DNA of 55,894 nt. Origin: a virus (taxonomy: Duplodnaviria > Caudoviricetes). This document shows, one piece after another, positions 1-9,591 of this stretch. The position numbers and the translations under genes are program-made. Numbering within the stretch: position 1 is the stretch's first letter; the number at the start of each line of letters is the position of its first letter. The stretch spans positions 1-55,894 of IMG/VR virus record IMGVR_UViG_3300030376_000535, one strand, 5' to 3'. The notes under the pieces were generated by a model, which worked only from the letters and a program-made list of their open reading frames with translations, made no database searches and was not told the DNA's origin.

Positions 1-77
1 AGGGTGGGCCTGTTGACTTTATTACTGGTGAAGAGCTTCCTGTATTTAGTAGCCAAGAGAAAGCAGTTGAGTATGCG
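1..77. repeat. Terminal direct repeat, identical to 55818-55894; probably assembly circularisation overlap
   Basis: First 77 nt match last 77 nt exactly; an ORF reads through the junction in frame. Confidence 0.95.
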
Positions 78-1748
78 GAGTGGCGTTCTAGTACGATGTT
101 TAATCCAGAAGCTGCAAAGAAAGGTTTTCCAGAAGAGTTCCCGATGCAAGAGGAACCAGAACCCAAAGGACCAATAGAAAGAAGGGTAGAACCTTACATT
201 GAAAAAGGTAAAGACTTCCTAGACTATTTAACAAGCCCTAACCAACATGGTGTTTTTAACGAGGGTGGTTTATCTAGTTTTATGAATATGATTACCAGCC
301 CACTTACTGGTAGATATAGAAGACAGAAACCATCCAGTGTTAAGGCAGCTGAAGTTGGCATAGAGTTTACTCCTGCAGGAACTGTGTTCGGAATAAACGA
401 CATTAGAGAAGAGCTTAAAAAAGAAAACCCAGATTATTACAAAGTTGGGTTAATGGGTGGCGCAGAAGTTATTGGTCTAATTCCTGGATTAGATAAAGTA
501 GCTATTGATGCAATCAGAGCTGGTGCTAAAAAGTTTGGTGGTACTAGAAAAATAGATAAAACTCTAGAGGCACTCAAAGGTCCAGATGCGGAAAGTATTG
601 CTGCACAAAAGATACTTGCTGGCCCAGGTGCTAAGAGTTATGATAACAGGGCATTATATAAAGCTGAAGATTTAAAAGCTAGAGGTTATAGTCCCAGACA
701 AATTGAAGAAATAACAGGTAGAGTTGAGACAGGATCTCCAGCAGATTACTTAGGACCAAGACCTAACCAAAAACCAAAAAGCCCTTTTAAGTTTGAAATA
801 CCAGATAAAGGTATTATAATAAGAGAAAATGATGGGTATATAACTTATTTAGAATCTACTGAACAAAGACCAGTACGAGTTGGAAATTTGATACCAACCC
901 ATAAAAAACTTTTTGAAGAGTATCCTGACTTAAAACATGTTGGATTTTATATAGATCCAAAATTAAAAACAGGTGCTCATTTTGATCCATCTAAAGGAAG
1001 TTATGGTTCAATTGTAGTTGGTCCAGAACACAGGGGTATTGATAATATTAACAGCCCTGCTTTTAGGGATACGTTTTTTCATGAACTGCAACATGCAGCT
1101 CAACATCAAGATTTTCTTAAGGTTGGCTTACAGCAATTAGGTGGTGGTCCAACTACATATACTAAAGCTATTACAGAGACAAGTAATTTTAATCAAGCCT
1201 TTAAAGAGAGTGCCTTAGCTAAAAGCCCTAAAGCTATTGAACTTAGAGATAAGATGGTAAAACTTTTTAAGGAAGATACTAGGGGCTTAGATTTTTCTTC
1301 TAGTAGTGGTTACTCAAACCCTAAAACAGCTAAAAAAATGGCAGAGTTGATGAGGGAACTTGAGGCAGAAAGTTTTAAAACATATATGCAAACAGCTTCT
1401 GAAGTAGAGGCTGGTGCAGTGGGTTTAAGAGCAAGACCAACTTATGGTAAAGATCAACCAAGATTAACTTCAGAAATATCTGAAAGAAAAAAGATGGAGA
1501 CTGCCAGAGAGTACGGTAAAACTAAACCTGATAGTAAAACTGAAAAGCTTTCTAAAAAACTTAAGTCTACCTTTAAAACTATGGACGACAAAGAAGTATC
1601 AAGGTATGCCGAAGGTGGTATTAATTTTGTTAGGTATGCCCTCGGTATAGATAAAGAGTTACAGGGTTTTGGTGCTTTTGGTGTAAAATATTCTCGGGGT
1701 GGAGCAGTAGATAAACAAATGAACGAAATATTCGCAGGGGGTAAATAA
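1..1748 (+). CDS. 3' part of the 666-aa putative virion/ejected protein with LPD23-like region and zincin HExxH metallopeptidase motif
   Basis: FKFEIPD, HKKLFEEYPDLK, FFHELQHAAQ and YMQTASEVEA resemble LPD23/MPTase modules of polyvalent proteins; follows portal. Confidence 0.65.
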   Translation, partial: GGPVDFITGEELPVFSSQEKAVEYAEWRSSTMFNPEAAKKGFPEEFPMQEEPEPKGPIERRVEPYIEKGKDFLDYLTSPNQHGVFNEGGLSSFMNMITSPLTGRYRRQKPSSVKAAEVGIEFTPAGTVFGINDIREELKKENPDYYKVGLMGGAEVIGLIPGLDKVAIDAIRAGAKKFGGTRKIDKTLEALKGPDAESIAAQKILAGPGAKSYDNRALYKAEDLKARGYSPRQIEEITGRVETGSPADYLGPRPNQKPKSPFKFEIPDKGIIIRENDGYITYLESTEQRPVRVGNLIPTHKKLFEEYPDLKHVGFYIDPKLKTGAHFDPSKGSYGSIVVGPEHRGIDNINSPAFRDTFFHELQHAAQHQDFLKVGLQQLGGGPTTYTKAITETSNFNQAFKESALAKSPKAIELRDKMVKLFKEDTRGLDFSSSSGYSNPKTAKKMAELMRELEAESFKTYMQTASEVEAGAVGLRARPTYGKDQPRLTSEISERKKMETAREYGKTKPDSKTEKLSKKLKSTFKTMDDKEVSRYAEGGINFVRYALGIDKELQGFGAFGVKYSRGGAVDKQMNEIFAGGK

Positions 1749-1749
1749 C

Positions 1750-4179
1750 ATGCGGAACAATATGATGCCGCCACAAGGTGGCCTTAAGACAGATGGACAA
1801 CAAGTAGATCCTGTATCGGGCAATAATGTTCCCGTAGGTTCTAACGCAAACGAAGTACGTGATGACATCCCAGCGCAATTGTCTGATGGTGAATACGTTG
1901 TTCCTGCTGATATTGTTCGTTATTATGGCGTAAAGTTCTTTGAAGATCTGCGTAACCAAGGTAAAGGTGGTCTGAGCGATATGGCTGCTAATGGTCGTAT
2001 TGGCGGACAGCCTGTTCCTGCAGGTGGACCACAAGCAACTGGATTTTCAAAAGACGAAGTTAATGCAATGCAAAGCATGGTGGGTGCAGCTATGGGTGGA
2101 ATGATGACCCAACAGATGCCACCAGCTGATCCTTATGCACAACAATCTAATATGTACCAACAACCTAAAGGTTATGACGAAGGTGGTGATGGAAGTTATT
2201 ATCCAGGTGGTACATCAGCTGAAGTAGGTGTTACAACACCATCAACATACAGAGGTGCTTTTAGTTGGGAGACCCCTGCCCCTGCCCCTACTGGTGGAGG
2301 TGGTGGTACTAGTGACCAAACAACAGTAACACTGCATTGTCCTGATGGGTCTATTAATACCTTACAACTACCTGCAGATCAAGACAGGTATGATACCCTT
2401 GTTGCATCTGGTTGTGGATTAGATGAGTCTATTTCTAGACCTAGTAGCGATGATGACGGTGGACCAGATACACCTGAAGTTACTGACGAGCAACGTAATG
2501 CTTGGATGGAAGATTATGGTTATAAGGGTGATGGTACAGAAACTTTTGAAGATATTATCAAGGGGTCTCAAGATGCGATGGACCCAGACAATAGAAACTT
2601 CATTGAAAAACTTTTGTCAGGTGGTGCTATTGGTAAGTTTCAACAGGCAACTGTAGCAGCACAAGTAGCTGGTAACATTATCGTACTAACTGAAAACCTT
2701 CCTACAGATAAAGATAGTCCTGAATATAAACAACAAAAAGATCTTTTAGATGACTTAATAGAACAGCGTGAAAAGTACATTAAACAAAATGGACTAGGCA
2801 TGTTACCAAAAGAGTTTATTAACGGTGATCAGTTTGCTAAACAAATTAACTCTACTCAAATTGATTGGGCTTTAAGTGCTACTGCTAAAGATCCTGACGG
2901 TAAAAATATTTTTGATAGTCGAGAAGACTTTATTAAACATTTAGAAAGCGTATCTTCTGATCCAGAAAAAGGTATTATTGCAACATACGATCCAACTAGT
3001 GGTGCTGTTAAATATACTTACGACCCAACTAAGTATGATATTGGTGCAATAAGACCTAAACTACCTGAAGATTTTGGTATAGACAAACCTGACCGTAAGC
3101 CTGATGATGATGAGCCTGATGGTGATACTGGAGATGGTACTGGAGATGGTACTGGAGATGGTACTGGTGGTGATACTGATGGTGGTACTGGAGATGGTAC
3201 TGGTGGTGATACTGATGGTGGTACTGGACCAGACTTTAGTATACTTGATCCAGATCCCGAAGAGGACATGAACTTAGGTACAGGTGATTATGGAAGTGAT
3301 GACAGTGTTGCTGGTGGTATTGATGATGCAGTAAATGCAGGTATTACTTCTGCAGACTTTAGCATACTTGATCCAGACCCTGAAGAGGATATGTTTTTAG
3401 GTACAGGTGGTTATGGTAATAATAATAATGACGATGATGACGGTCCAGGAATGACTCTTAAACCGTCAGACAATGATGATTTGATTGACTCTATTATAAA
3501 TGATCCTACATCTGCATTGCCACCAACAACAACTTCTAGCAGCAGTTCTTCTGGTGGAGGAGGAAGTTCCTCAAGCAGTGGAGGAGGGGGTTCCTCAAGT
3601 AGCTCTTCTGGTGGGGGTGGTTCCTCAAGCAGTGGTGGTGGGGGTACTACAACAATTAGTTCGGGAGATACCTTAAGCGGAATTGCTGCAGCTAACAACA
3701 CTACTGTTGATGCACTAATGGACGCTAACCCAAACATTACCAATGCTGATGTAATCTACGCAGGGGATACAATCAATATTCCAGGATCTAGTTCAAGCGG
3801 CGGCGGAGGTAGTTCCTCTAGTAGCTCCTCTAGTGGTGGAGGCGGTGGATGCTGCTTCATCATGTTAGAAGCTCGTTATGGTGACGGTACTATGGATGAA
3901 GTAGTGCGTAGATACCGTGATGAATATATGACTGATCGCAATCGTCGTGGATACTATCGTATGGCTGAAGTGCTTGTACCACTAATGCGTAAGTCAAAAA
4001 CATTTAAGTGGATTATCACAAAACTATTTGCAGATCCCCTTGTGTCTTATGGTAAATATTACTATGGACAAAACAAACATGGTGTGATATACTCTCCGTT
4101 AAAGAACTTTTGGATGAAAGTTTTTGACGTAGTGGGTGGCGACACCAAGTTTATAAGGGAAAATGGAGAAGTTGTCTAA
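1750..4179 (+). CDS. 809-aa low-complexity virion-associated protein with LysM domain and CFI-box-CTERM-like C-terminus
   Basis: DDIPAQLSDGEYVVPAD N-terminal motif; G/D/T and S/G repeats; LysM-like ISSGDTLSGIA...NPNITNADVIYAGDTINIP; GGGGGCCFIM...RRYRD...GYY. Confidence 0.75.
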   Translation: MRNNMMPPQGGLKTDGQQVDPVSGNNVPVGSNANEVRDDIPAQLSDGEYVVPADIVRYYGVKFFEDLRNQGKGGLSDMAANGRIGGQPVPAGGPQATGFSKDEVNAMQSMVGAAMGGMMTQQMPPADPYAQQSNMYQQPKGYDEGGDGSYYPGGTSAEVGVTTPSTYRGAFSWETPAPAPTGGGGGTSDQTTVTLHCPDGSINTLQLPADQDRYDTLVASGCGLDESISRPSSDDDGGPDTPEVTDEQRNAWMEDYGYKGDGTETFEDIIKGSQDAMDPDNRNFIEKLLSGGAIGKFQQATVAAQVAGNIIVLTENLPTDKDSPEYKQQKDLLDDLIEQREKYIKQNGLGMLPKEFINGDQFAKQINSTQIDWALSATAKDPDGKNIFDSREDFIKHLESVSSDPEKGIIATYDPTSGAVKYTYDPTKYDIGAIRPKLPEDFGIDKPDRKPDDDEPDGDTGDGTGDGTGDGTGGDTDGGTGDGTGGDTDGGTGPDFSILDPDPEEDMNLGTGDYGSDDSVAGGIDDAVNAGITSADFSILDPDPEEDMFLGTGGYGNNNNDDDDGPGMTLKPSDNDDLIDSIINDPTSALPPTTTSSSSSSGGGGSSSSSGGGGSSSSSSGGGGSSSSGGGGTTTISSGDTLSGIAAANNTTVDALMDANPNITNADVIYAGDTINIPGSSSSGGGGSSSSSSSSGGGGGCCFIMLEARYGDGTMDEVVRRYRDEYMTDRNRRGYYRMAEVLVPLMRKSKTFKWIITKLFADPLVSYGKYYYGQNKHGVIYSPLKNFWMKVFDVVGGDTKFIRENGEVV
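3121..3226 (+). repeat. Tandem GDGT/GGDTD-coding repeats
   Basis: Repeated actggagatggt and ggtgatactgatggtggtact units. Confidence 0.9.
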
Positions 4180-4858
4180 AGAACCATATGACAACCCTAA
4201 CCTAGTAGAAATATACGAAGAAAGGTACATCCATCACCCAAATCAAAAAGCTGATATTAATTTTGAAATAACAGTTATAGAAAGGGTAATGGATTACTAC
4301 AACCACGAATCTTGGTGCGATGTTGCCTGTGGTACTGGTTATCATTTGCGAAAAGCTTCTGGTAACTTTAAAAGGTTAGGTGTTGATAAGTCTAAGTTGA
4401 TGATAGATCAACATAAAGAAAATACAGAGTATGACGTAGATTATTCTGTTGCAAACATACTAAGTTGGAGAACTAAAAAGAAATTTGACTTAGTAACAAA
4501 CTTTTGGTTTGGTTATTCACACCAACCATCTTTGGAAAAGGTACTAGACTTTTTTCAGAAAATGATAGACCTTACTGCAAAGCACGGATCTATAATACTA
4601 TCTTACCACAATAACTGGAGGTTGTTTGATAAGATACCTATGAGTAACCCAGAACCTATGGGCGGTCAGTTTAGCTTTGATGCATTGCAATGGTCTTACG
4701 TAGAACCAAGTACAGGTGATAAATACCATTGTATATCCCCTCACAAAAACCTTATCATAGGACTTTTTGGTTCACAGTTTAAACGTTACAAAGTAGTAGA
4801 CTACCCTACGTTTGCTGGAAAAGAGTTATTAGTATTAGAGGGTAAACTATGGAACTAA
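4163..4858 (+). CDS. Class I SAM-dependent methyltransferase
   Basis: Motif I WCDVACGTGYH, GVDKS, KFDLV. Confidence 0.85.
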   Translation: MEKLSKEPYDNPNLVEIYEERYIHHPNQKADINFEITVIERVMDYYNHESWCDVACGTGYHLRKASGNFKRLGVDKSKLMIDQHKENTEYDVDYSVANILSWRTKKKFDLVTNFWFGYSHQPSLEKVLDFFQKMIDLTAKHGSIILSYHNNWRLFDKIPMSNPEPMGGQFSFDALQWSYVEPSTGDKYHCISPHKNLIIGLFGSQFKRYKVVDYPTFAGKELLVLEGKLWN

Positions 4859-5052
4859 ACGAATATAAAAACACTATAGCAAAACGTCATGATGATCTTT
4901 CTGAAGAAGAAAAAGAAACTGTAAGACGTATAATAGGTACACCAGTAGGAAATGTTCTGACAAAACTTGTTGGACCAGAATTAGGTAAAGCAATTACAGT
5001 AGGACAACCAACAAAGATTAATCCCAAGCGTGGTGGCTTAGGATCAAGATAG
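4849..5052 (+). CDS. Hypothetical protein ending GGLGSR
   Basis: Coupled ORF with GAGG upstream. Confidence 0.7.
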   Translation: MELNEYKNTIAKRHDDLSEEEKETVRRIIGTPVGNVLTKLVGPELGKAITVGQPTKINPKRGGLGSR

Positions 5053-5099
5053 GCAATAAGGCTACCCAGCGCAGCTGGCCCCAACATAAGGAGAAATAA

Positions 5100-6044
5100 A
5101 TGCCTGAACTAGCAGAAGTCGAACCAACTAAAACTGCGGGTTTTGTTGACCGTGGTTACAACTATGAACGCAAACGTCAGCGTATTGAACAAGAAGAAGC
5201 AGAGATTGCTCGTTTAGAAGCAGAGGCTCGTGGTGAAAAGGTCGAGGAACAAGAATCCGATGGCGAAGGATCTGAGACAGCCGAAGTATCGGATGCAGAT
5301 AATACCAAACAAGAAGAAGCCAAAGCGGAATCCGAAGCATCGGAAGACGACTCAAACCTGAGCCGTGAAGAAAAATCGTTTAAGAAACGTTATGGTGATC
5401 TTCGTCGCCATATGAATGATAAAGAAAAAGAGTGGAAAGAAAGACTGTCTGCGTTAGAAGAACGCATGAAAGGTGAAAACATTGTTCCACCAAAGTCTAA
5501 TGAAGATATTGAAAAGTGGGCTAAGAAGTATCCTGATGTAGCTGGTATTGTAGAAACAATTGCCGCAAAGAAAGCACAAGAAATGTTTTCTAAAGCTGAG
5601 GGTAGACTTAAAGAATTAGATGATGCCCATGCAGAAGCCTCTCGTGTAAAAGCAGAAAACGTAATCCGTAAGTCACACAAAGACTTTGATACGTTACGTG
5701 CATCAGATGAGTTTCATGATTGGGCTGATGAGCAGCCTAAGTGGGTGCAAGATGCACTGTACGAAAACTCAGACGATCCTAAATCTGTAGTGCGAGTTAT
5801 TGATTTGTATAAATCAGACAAAGGCTTAACACCTGCAGCAAAGAAAGAACAAACAAAAGCAGCAGCTACTACAGTAACTAAACGTAGTAAAACACAAGTA
5901 GATGTAACTGATGCTAATGACGCAATTCGTGAATCAGATGTTTCGAGGATGTCTGATAAAGAATTTGAACAAAGGGCGGATGAAATTAATAAGGCCATCC
6001 GTTCTGGCAAATTTATATACGATGTTTCTGGCAAAGCCAGATAA
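5100..6044 (+). CDS. Capsid scaffolding protein
   Basis: Acidic coiled-coil, FKKRYGDLRRH, AAGGAG RBS, directly upstream of MCP. Confidence 0.75.
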   Translation: MPELAEVEPTKTAGFVDRGYNYERKRQRIEQEEAEIARLEAEARGEKVEEQESDGEGSETAEVSDADNTKQEEAKAESEASEDDSNLSREEKSFKKRYGDLRRHMNDKEKEWKERLSALEERMKGENIVPPKSNEDIEKWAKKYPDVAGIVETIAAKKAQEMFSKAEGRLKELDDAHAEASRVKAENVIRKSHKDFDTLRASDEFHDWADEQPKWVQDALYENSDDPKSVVRVIDLYKSDKGLTPAAKKEQTKAAATTVTKRSKTQVDVTDANDAIRESDVSRMSDKEFEQRADEINKAIRSGKFIYDVSGKAR

Positions 6045-6048
6045 ACTG

Positions 6049-6078
6049 TTGACAATAAAGAAATCAGCAGTATAACTA
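6049..6078 (+). promoter_or_regulatory. sigma70-type promoter for the capsid operon
   Basis: TTGACA-N16-TATAACTA. Confidence 0.7.
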
Positions 6079-6086
6079 TGAGCATA

Positions 6087-6250
6087 GAGACAAAAGCCTC
6101 TTAACGACTACCTTTTGTCTCAACTCAATTTCCGAAAGTCTAAAACTAATAAGAACGACCTGTTTAAGTATAGGCCCGTTTACGCTACAGAGTATAACTG
6201 ATCATTTTACGCTACAGCGTATACGCACCCTAGAAAACGAACAGCCTCTT
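6087..6250 (+). ncRNA. Candidate structured 5' leader RNA of the major capsid gene
   Basis: 10-bp stem GAGACAAAAG/CTTTTGTCTC plus multi-stem junction with C-rich linkers. Confidence 0.45.
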
Positions 6251-6299
6251 GTCGGTGTTTAGCTTTGTAACTCGAAGCCAAATATCAGGAGGATTTATC

Positions 6300-7373
6300 A
6301 TGGCTTTTACAAGTGCTGGAGGACACGGTAACTTACCAAACGGTAATTTTAGTTCCGTAATTTACTCCAAAAAAGTTCAGCTTGCTTTCCGTAAGTCTAC
6401 GGTTGCAGGTGACATTACTAACTCAGATTATTTTGGCGAGATCGCTGCTCAAGGTGATACCGTTAAGATTATCAAAGAACCTGAGATTTCGGTCAGCTCT
6501 TACGCACGTGGCACACAGATCACTGCACAAGATCTTGACGATGAAGATTTCTCTCTTGTCGTAGATAAAGCGAACTACTTCGCCTTCAAAATCGACGACA
6601 TTGAAGAAGCTCACTCACATGTGAACTTCATGGACTTGGCTACTAATCGTGCAGCATATCGCTTGTCAGATCAGTATGACCAAGAAGTATTAGGTTACTT
6701 GGCAGGGTATAAGCAGTCTGCACTACATGCTGCAGCTGATGCTGTAAATGACCAAGTAAACGGTACTAAAGCTGTTTCAACCGCAGGTTCAGACGAATTG
6801 CTTTCAAGCATGAAGCTGAAAAAAGGTGACTTTGGCAACATTACAACTTCTTCTGCTGGTGATCACTCGATTCCAGTAGCAGCTCGTTTGCCAGGTGCAA
6901 CAGCTCTGCCAACAGCCACAGCTTCACCAGCAATGGTTGTAGCTCGTATGGCTCGTCTACTTGATCAACAACAAGTTGATAAAGATGGACGGTGGCTTGT
7001 AGTTGACCCAGTATTCATGGAGATTCTACGTGATGAAGACTCACGTCTTTTCAACGCAGACTTCGGTGAATCAGGTGGACTACGTAATGGTCTTGTCTTG
7101 AACAACTTCCACGGATTCCGTGTATATACTTCAAGCAACCTACCATCAGTCGGTACAGGCCCAGGTACAACTGGTTCTGCTAACCAAAACACTAACTATG
7201 GTGCTATTGTTGCAGGTCATGATTCTGCTGTCGCAACTGCGGAGCAAATCAATAAGACTGAAACTTACCGTGATCCAGACAGCTTTGCTGACATCGTTCG
7301 TGGTATGCATCTATATGGTCGTAAGATCCTTCGTCCAGAAGGCATCGTTACTGCCAAGTATAACGCAGCGTAA
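6300..7373 (+). CDS. Major capsid protein (357 aa; start reassigned to ATG 6300)
   Basis: AGGAGG RBS; GDTVKIIKEP, DSFADIVRGMHLYGRKILRPE, typical of P22-coat-like MCPs. Confidence 0.9.
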   Translation: MAFTSAGGHGNLPNGNFSSVIYSKKVQLAFRKSTVAGDITNSDYFGEIAAQGDTVKIIKEPEISVSSYARGTQITAQDLDDEDFSLVVDKANYFAFKIDDIEEAHSHVNFMDLATNRAAYRLSDQYDQEVLGYLAGYKQSALHAAADAVNDQVNGTKAVSTAGSDELLSSMKLKKGDFGNITTSSAGDHSIPVAARLPGATALPTATASPAMVVARMARLLDQQQVDKDGRWLVVDPVFMEILRDEDSRLFNADFGESGGLRNGLVLNNFHGFRVYTSSNLPSVGTGPGTTGSANQNTNYGAIVAGHDSAVATAEQINKTETYRDPDSFADIVRGMHLYGRKILRPEGIVTAKYNAA

Positions 7374-7387
7374 GGGGGGATTGAATT

Positions 7388-7876
7388 ATGGCATTAGGTG
7401 ATAACACACTCCAAGCGGCACGTGGTAACTCACAACGTGGACGCAACCCTTATATGGTTCAAACTGTACTAAATTGGGCTACAGCTTTATCAGACAAAGG
7501 CGGTGCTTTAGCAGCAGCTGATGTTGTTCCTGTTATTGCTGTACCAAAAGGTACAATGATCCTTAACGCAGGTATCGAAGTTGATACTGCTACCGATGGT
7601 TCTACATTTACTGTAGACCTTGGTACTGGTGTTGACCCTGACGTTTTTGTTGATGGCTTTGATGCTACATCTGCAGCAGCAGAAGTTGCACAAAACCCTG
7701 CAGCATATCAACCAGTAATGGCTGTAGCTAATGACAACATTGATGTAACAATTGCAACACTTTCTGGTGGTGCAGTTACTTCAGGTAAGTTCCGAGTTTG
7801 GGCAGTCCTTATGGATTGTACAGATGCAGGTAACGATGGTACTGCTAATGAAGTAGATCGTGATCTACTAGCATAA
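7388..7876 (+). CDS. Putative capsid decoration/cement protein
   Basis: Beta-rich, directly after MCP and before the terminator. Confidence 0.55.
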   Translation: MALGDNTLQAARGNSQRGRNPYMVQTVLNWATALSDKGGALAAADVVPVIAVPKGTMILNAGIEVDTATDGSTFTVDLGTGVDPDVFVDGFDATSAAAEVAQNPAAYQPVMAVANDNIDVTIATLSGGAVTSGKFRVWAVLMDCTDAGNDGTANEVDRDLLA

Positions 7877-7886
7877 ACATTAACTT

Positions 7887-7921
7887 TGGGGCTGGCTAAA
7901 TGCTGGCCCCATTGTACTTTT
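7887..7921 (+). terminator. Rho-independent terminator
   Basis: TGGGGCTGGC-TAAAT-GCTGGCCCCA followed by T-rich run. Confidence 0.75.
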
Positions 7922-7941
7922 AGAATAAAAGGGATTCAAAC

Positions 7942-8379
7942 ATGGCTATTACAACAGCAATGTGTACAAGTTTTAAAACAGAACTTCTTGGTGGTGTCCA
8001 TGACTTGGATACCCACACTTTAAAAATAGCACTTATAAAGTCTTCTATGTCAGGAACTTATGGTGCAGCAACTACAAATTATTCAGATGTTACAGGTAAC
8101 TCTGATGAAGCTACAGGAACAAATTATACAGCAGGTGGTCAAAACTTAGATGGTGCAGCAATTAGTGCATCAGGTACTACTGCTATTGTAGATTTTACAG
8201 ATGAAGTATTTTCAAATGTAACCACATCAGCAGATGGTTGTATTATCTATAACTCTTCAGCTTCTAATAAAGCTATTTGTGTAATTGATTTTGGTGGCAC
8301 AGTAAGTGCTACAGCAGGTGATTTAACTATTGAGTTTCCTGCAGCAGACGCATCTAACGCAGTAATACGTATTGCCTAA
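7942..8379 (+). CDS. Virion structural protein
   Basis: MAITTAMCTSFKTELL type beta-rich protein in structural module. Confidence 0.6.
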   Translation: MAITTAMCTSFKTELLGGVHDLDTHTLKIALIKSSMSGTYGAATTNYSDVTGNSDEATGTNYTAGGQNLDGAAISASGTTAIVDFTDEVFSNVTTSADGCIIYNSSASNKAICVIDFGGTVSATAGDLTIEFPAADASNAVIRIA

Positions 8380-8389
8380 GAGGTAGGCT

Positions 8390-9130
8390 ATGGCTGTTAT
8401 CAAGTCTTCAGCGTTATACGGAACAGGTGTATATGGTGGTTCTGTATTTGGCACTCGTAATGTTTCTTTTACCCTAACAGGGGTAGCAGGAACAGGTGCA
8501 GTTCAAACTGTAGCTATTAACGGTTTTGAAATTGATATATCTGAAAGACTAGGTAATGTATTTGCCACAGGTTCAGTAAATACTGTATCTGTAAATATAC
8601 AAGAAGATATAGTTGGTGTATCGGCTACAGGTGCTATAGGCACACTTACATTTAGCACTTCTCACAGTCTTGGTAGTGTATCTGCAACAGGAAGTATTGG
8701 TACACTAGCTATTAGCAACACTGTTGAACTAACAGGAGTAGCTGGTACAGGTGCAATAGAAGCAGTAGCTGCAGGTGGTTTTGAAGTAGATGTATCTGAA
8801 CCTCTAGCAAGCGTATCAGCAACAGGTGCAGTAGGTACTGTACAGCCTATATTTAGCTTTAATCAACAGCTTGTTAGTGTTGGACTTACCGCATCTATTG
8901 GAACAATAAGTCCAAACGTAAAAGAAGAGCTAGGTGCAAATGCTGTTACAAGTGTCTTTGGTACACTTGGCATAAACGGAGTAACAGTTCACACTACTGC
9001 AGGTATAACTTCAACAGGATTAACTGGATCAGTACACGATGTAACAACAACTGCGGTAGAATTTGATTTTCAAGCAGTAGCACACCTATACAGCAGAAGA
9101 CGTGCTGTTACTATTCCAAGAGCAGCTTAA
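8390..9130 (+). CDS. Fibrous repeat structural protein
   Basis: Repeated (G/S)VSATG(A/S)(I/V)GT units. Confidence 0.6.
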   Translation: MAVIKSSALYGTGVYGGSVFGTRNVSFTLTGVAGTGAVQTVAINGFEIDISERLGNVFATGSVNTVSVNIQEDIVGVSATGAIGTLTFSTSHSLGSVSATGSIGTLAISNTVELTGVAGTGAIEAVAAGGFEVDVSEPLASVSATGAVGTVQPIFSFNQQLVSVGLTASIGTISPNVKEELGANAVTSVFGTLGINGVTVHTTAGITSTGLTGSVHDVTTTAVEFDFQAVAHLYSRRRAVTIPRAA

Positions 9131-9240
9131 TGAGTACAGCAGCAGAAAGAACTGTAAGAGTTCCAGAACAAAAAAGAATTGTAACAATTTTTAGTAAGCC
9201 TACATCGGCAGACAGAGTTGTTTACGCAAATGAGGATTAA
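9130..9240 (+). CDS. 36-aa protein not in the ORF track (MSTAAERTVRVPEQKRIVTIFSKPTSADRVVYANED)
   Basis: TAATG coupling; fills the gap exactly. Confidence 0.6.
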   Translation: MSTAAERTVRVPEQKRIVTIFSKPTSADRVVYANED

Positions 9241-9242
9241 CT

Positions 9243-9590
9243 ATGAGTTTTCGTTGGCCCATCAAAGACCCAGACGAGACATTAGATTACAGTGTAGACT
9301 GGTCAAGATTTCTTGACACAGCTACAATTAATAGTGTACGATGGTTTGTAAAGTCTACTTTATATAACACAAAAACAGAATTAACTAATGGCCAAAACTT
9401 AACTACTGCATCAGGTGGTGCAACTACAGATTCAATACAAAATGTTTCTCAAAGTAATACGGACACTGTTGCGACAATAAATATTGGTGGTGGTCAAAAT
9501 AACATAGAGTATACTTTTTTTTGTCAGATGACAGACAATACAGGTAGTACAGCAGAGCGTAGTATTAAACTAAAGCTAAAGGAACGTTAA
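9243..9590 (+). CDS. Fibre-tail adaptor-like structural protein
   Basis: KDPDETLDYSVDW motif. Confidence 0.6.
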   Translation: MSFRWPIKDPDETLDYSVDWSRFLDTATINSVRWFVKSTLYNTKTELTNGQNLTTASGGATTDSIQNVSQSNTDTVATINIGGGQNNIEYTFFCQMTDNTGSTAERSIKLKLKER

Positions 9591-9591
9591 T

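Noticed and set aside
1-77. 77-bp terminal repeat as the biological DTR
   Set aside because: It lies inside an ORF and equals a common assembler k-mer length; true ends are more likely at about 44.7-45.4 kb
4163-4858. DNA methyltransferase
   Set aside because: No DPPY/NPPY or PC catalytic motif
7120-7401. Alternative-frame ORF as a T7 10B-like capsid frameshift extension
   Set aside because: No slippery heptamer seen, and it would add only a few residues
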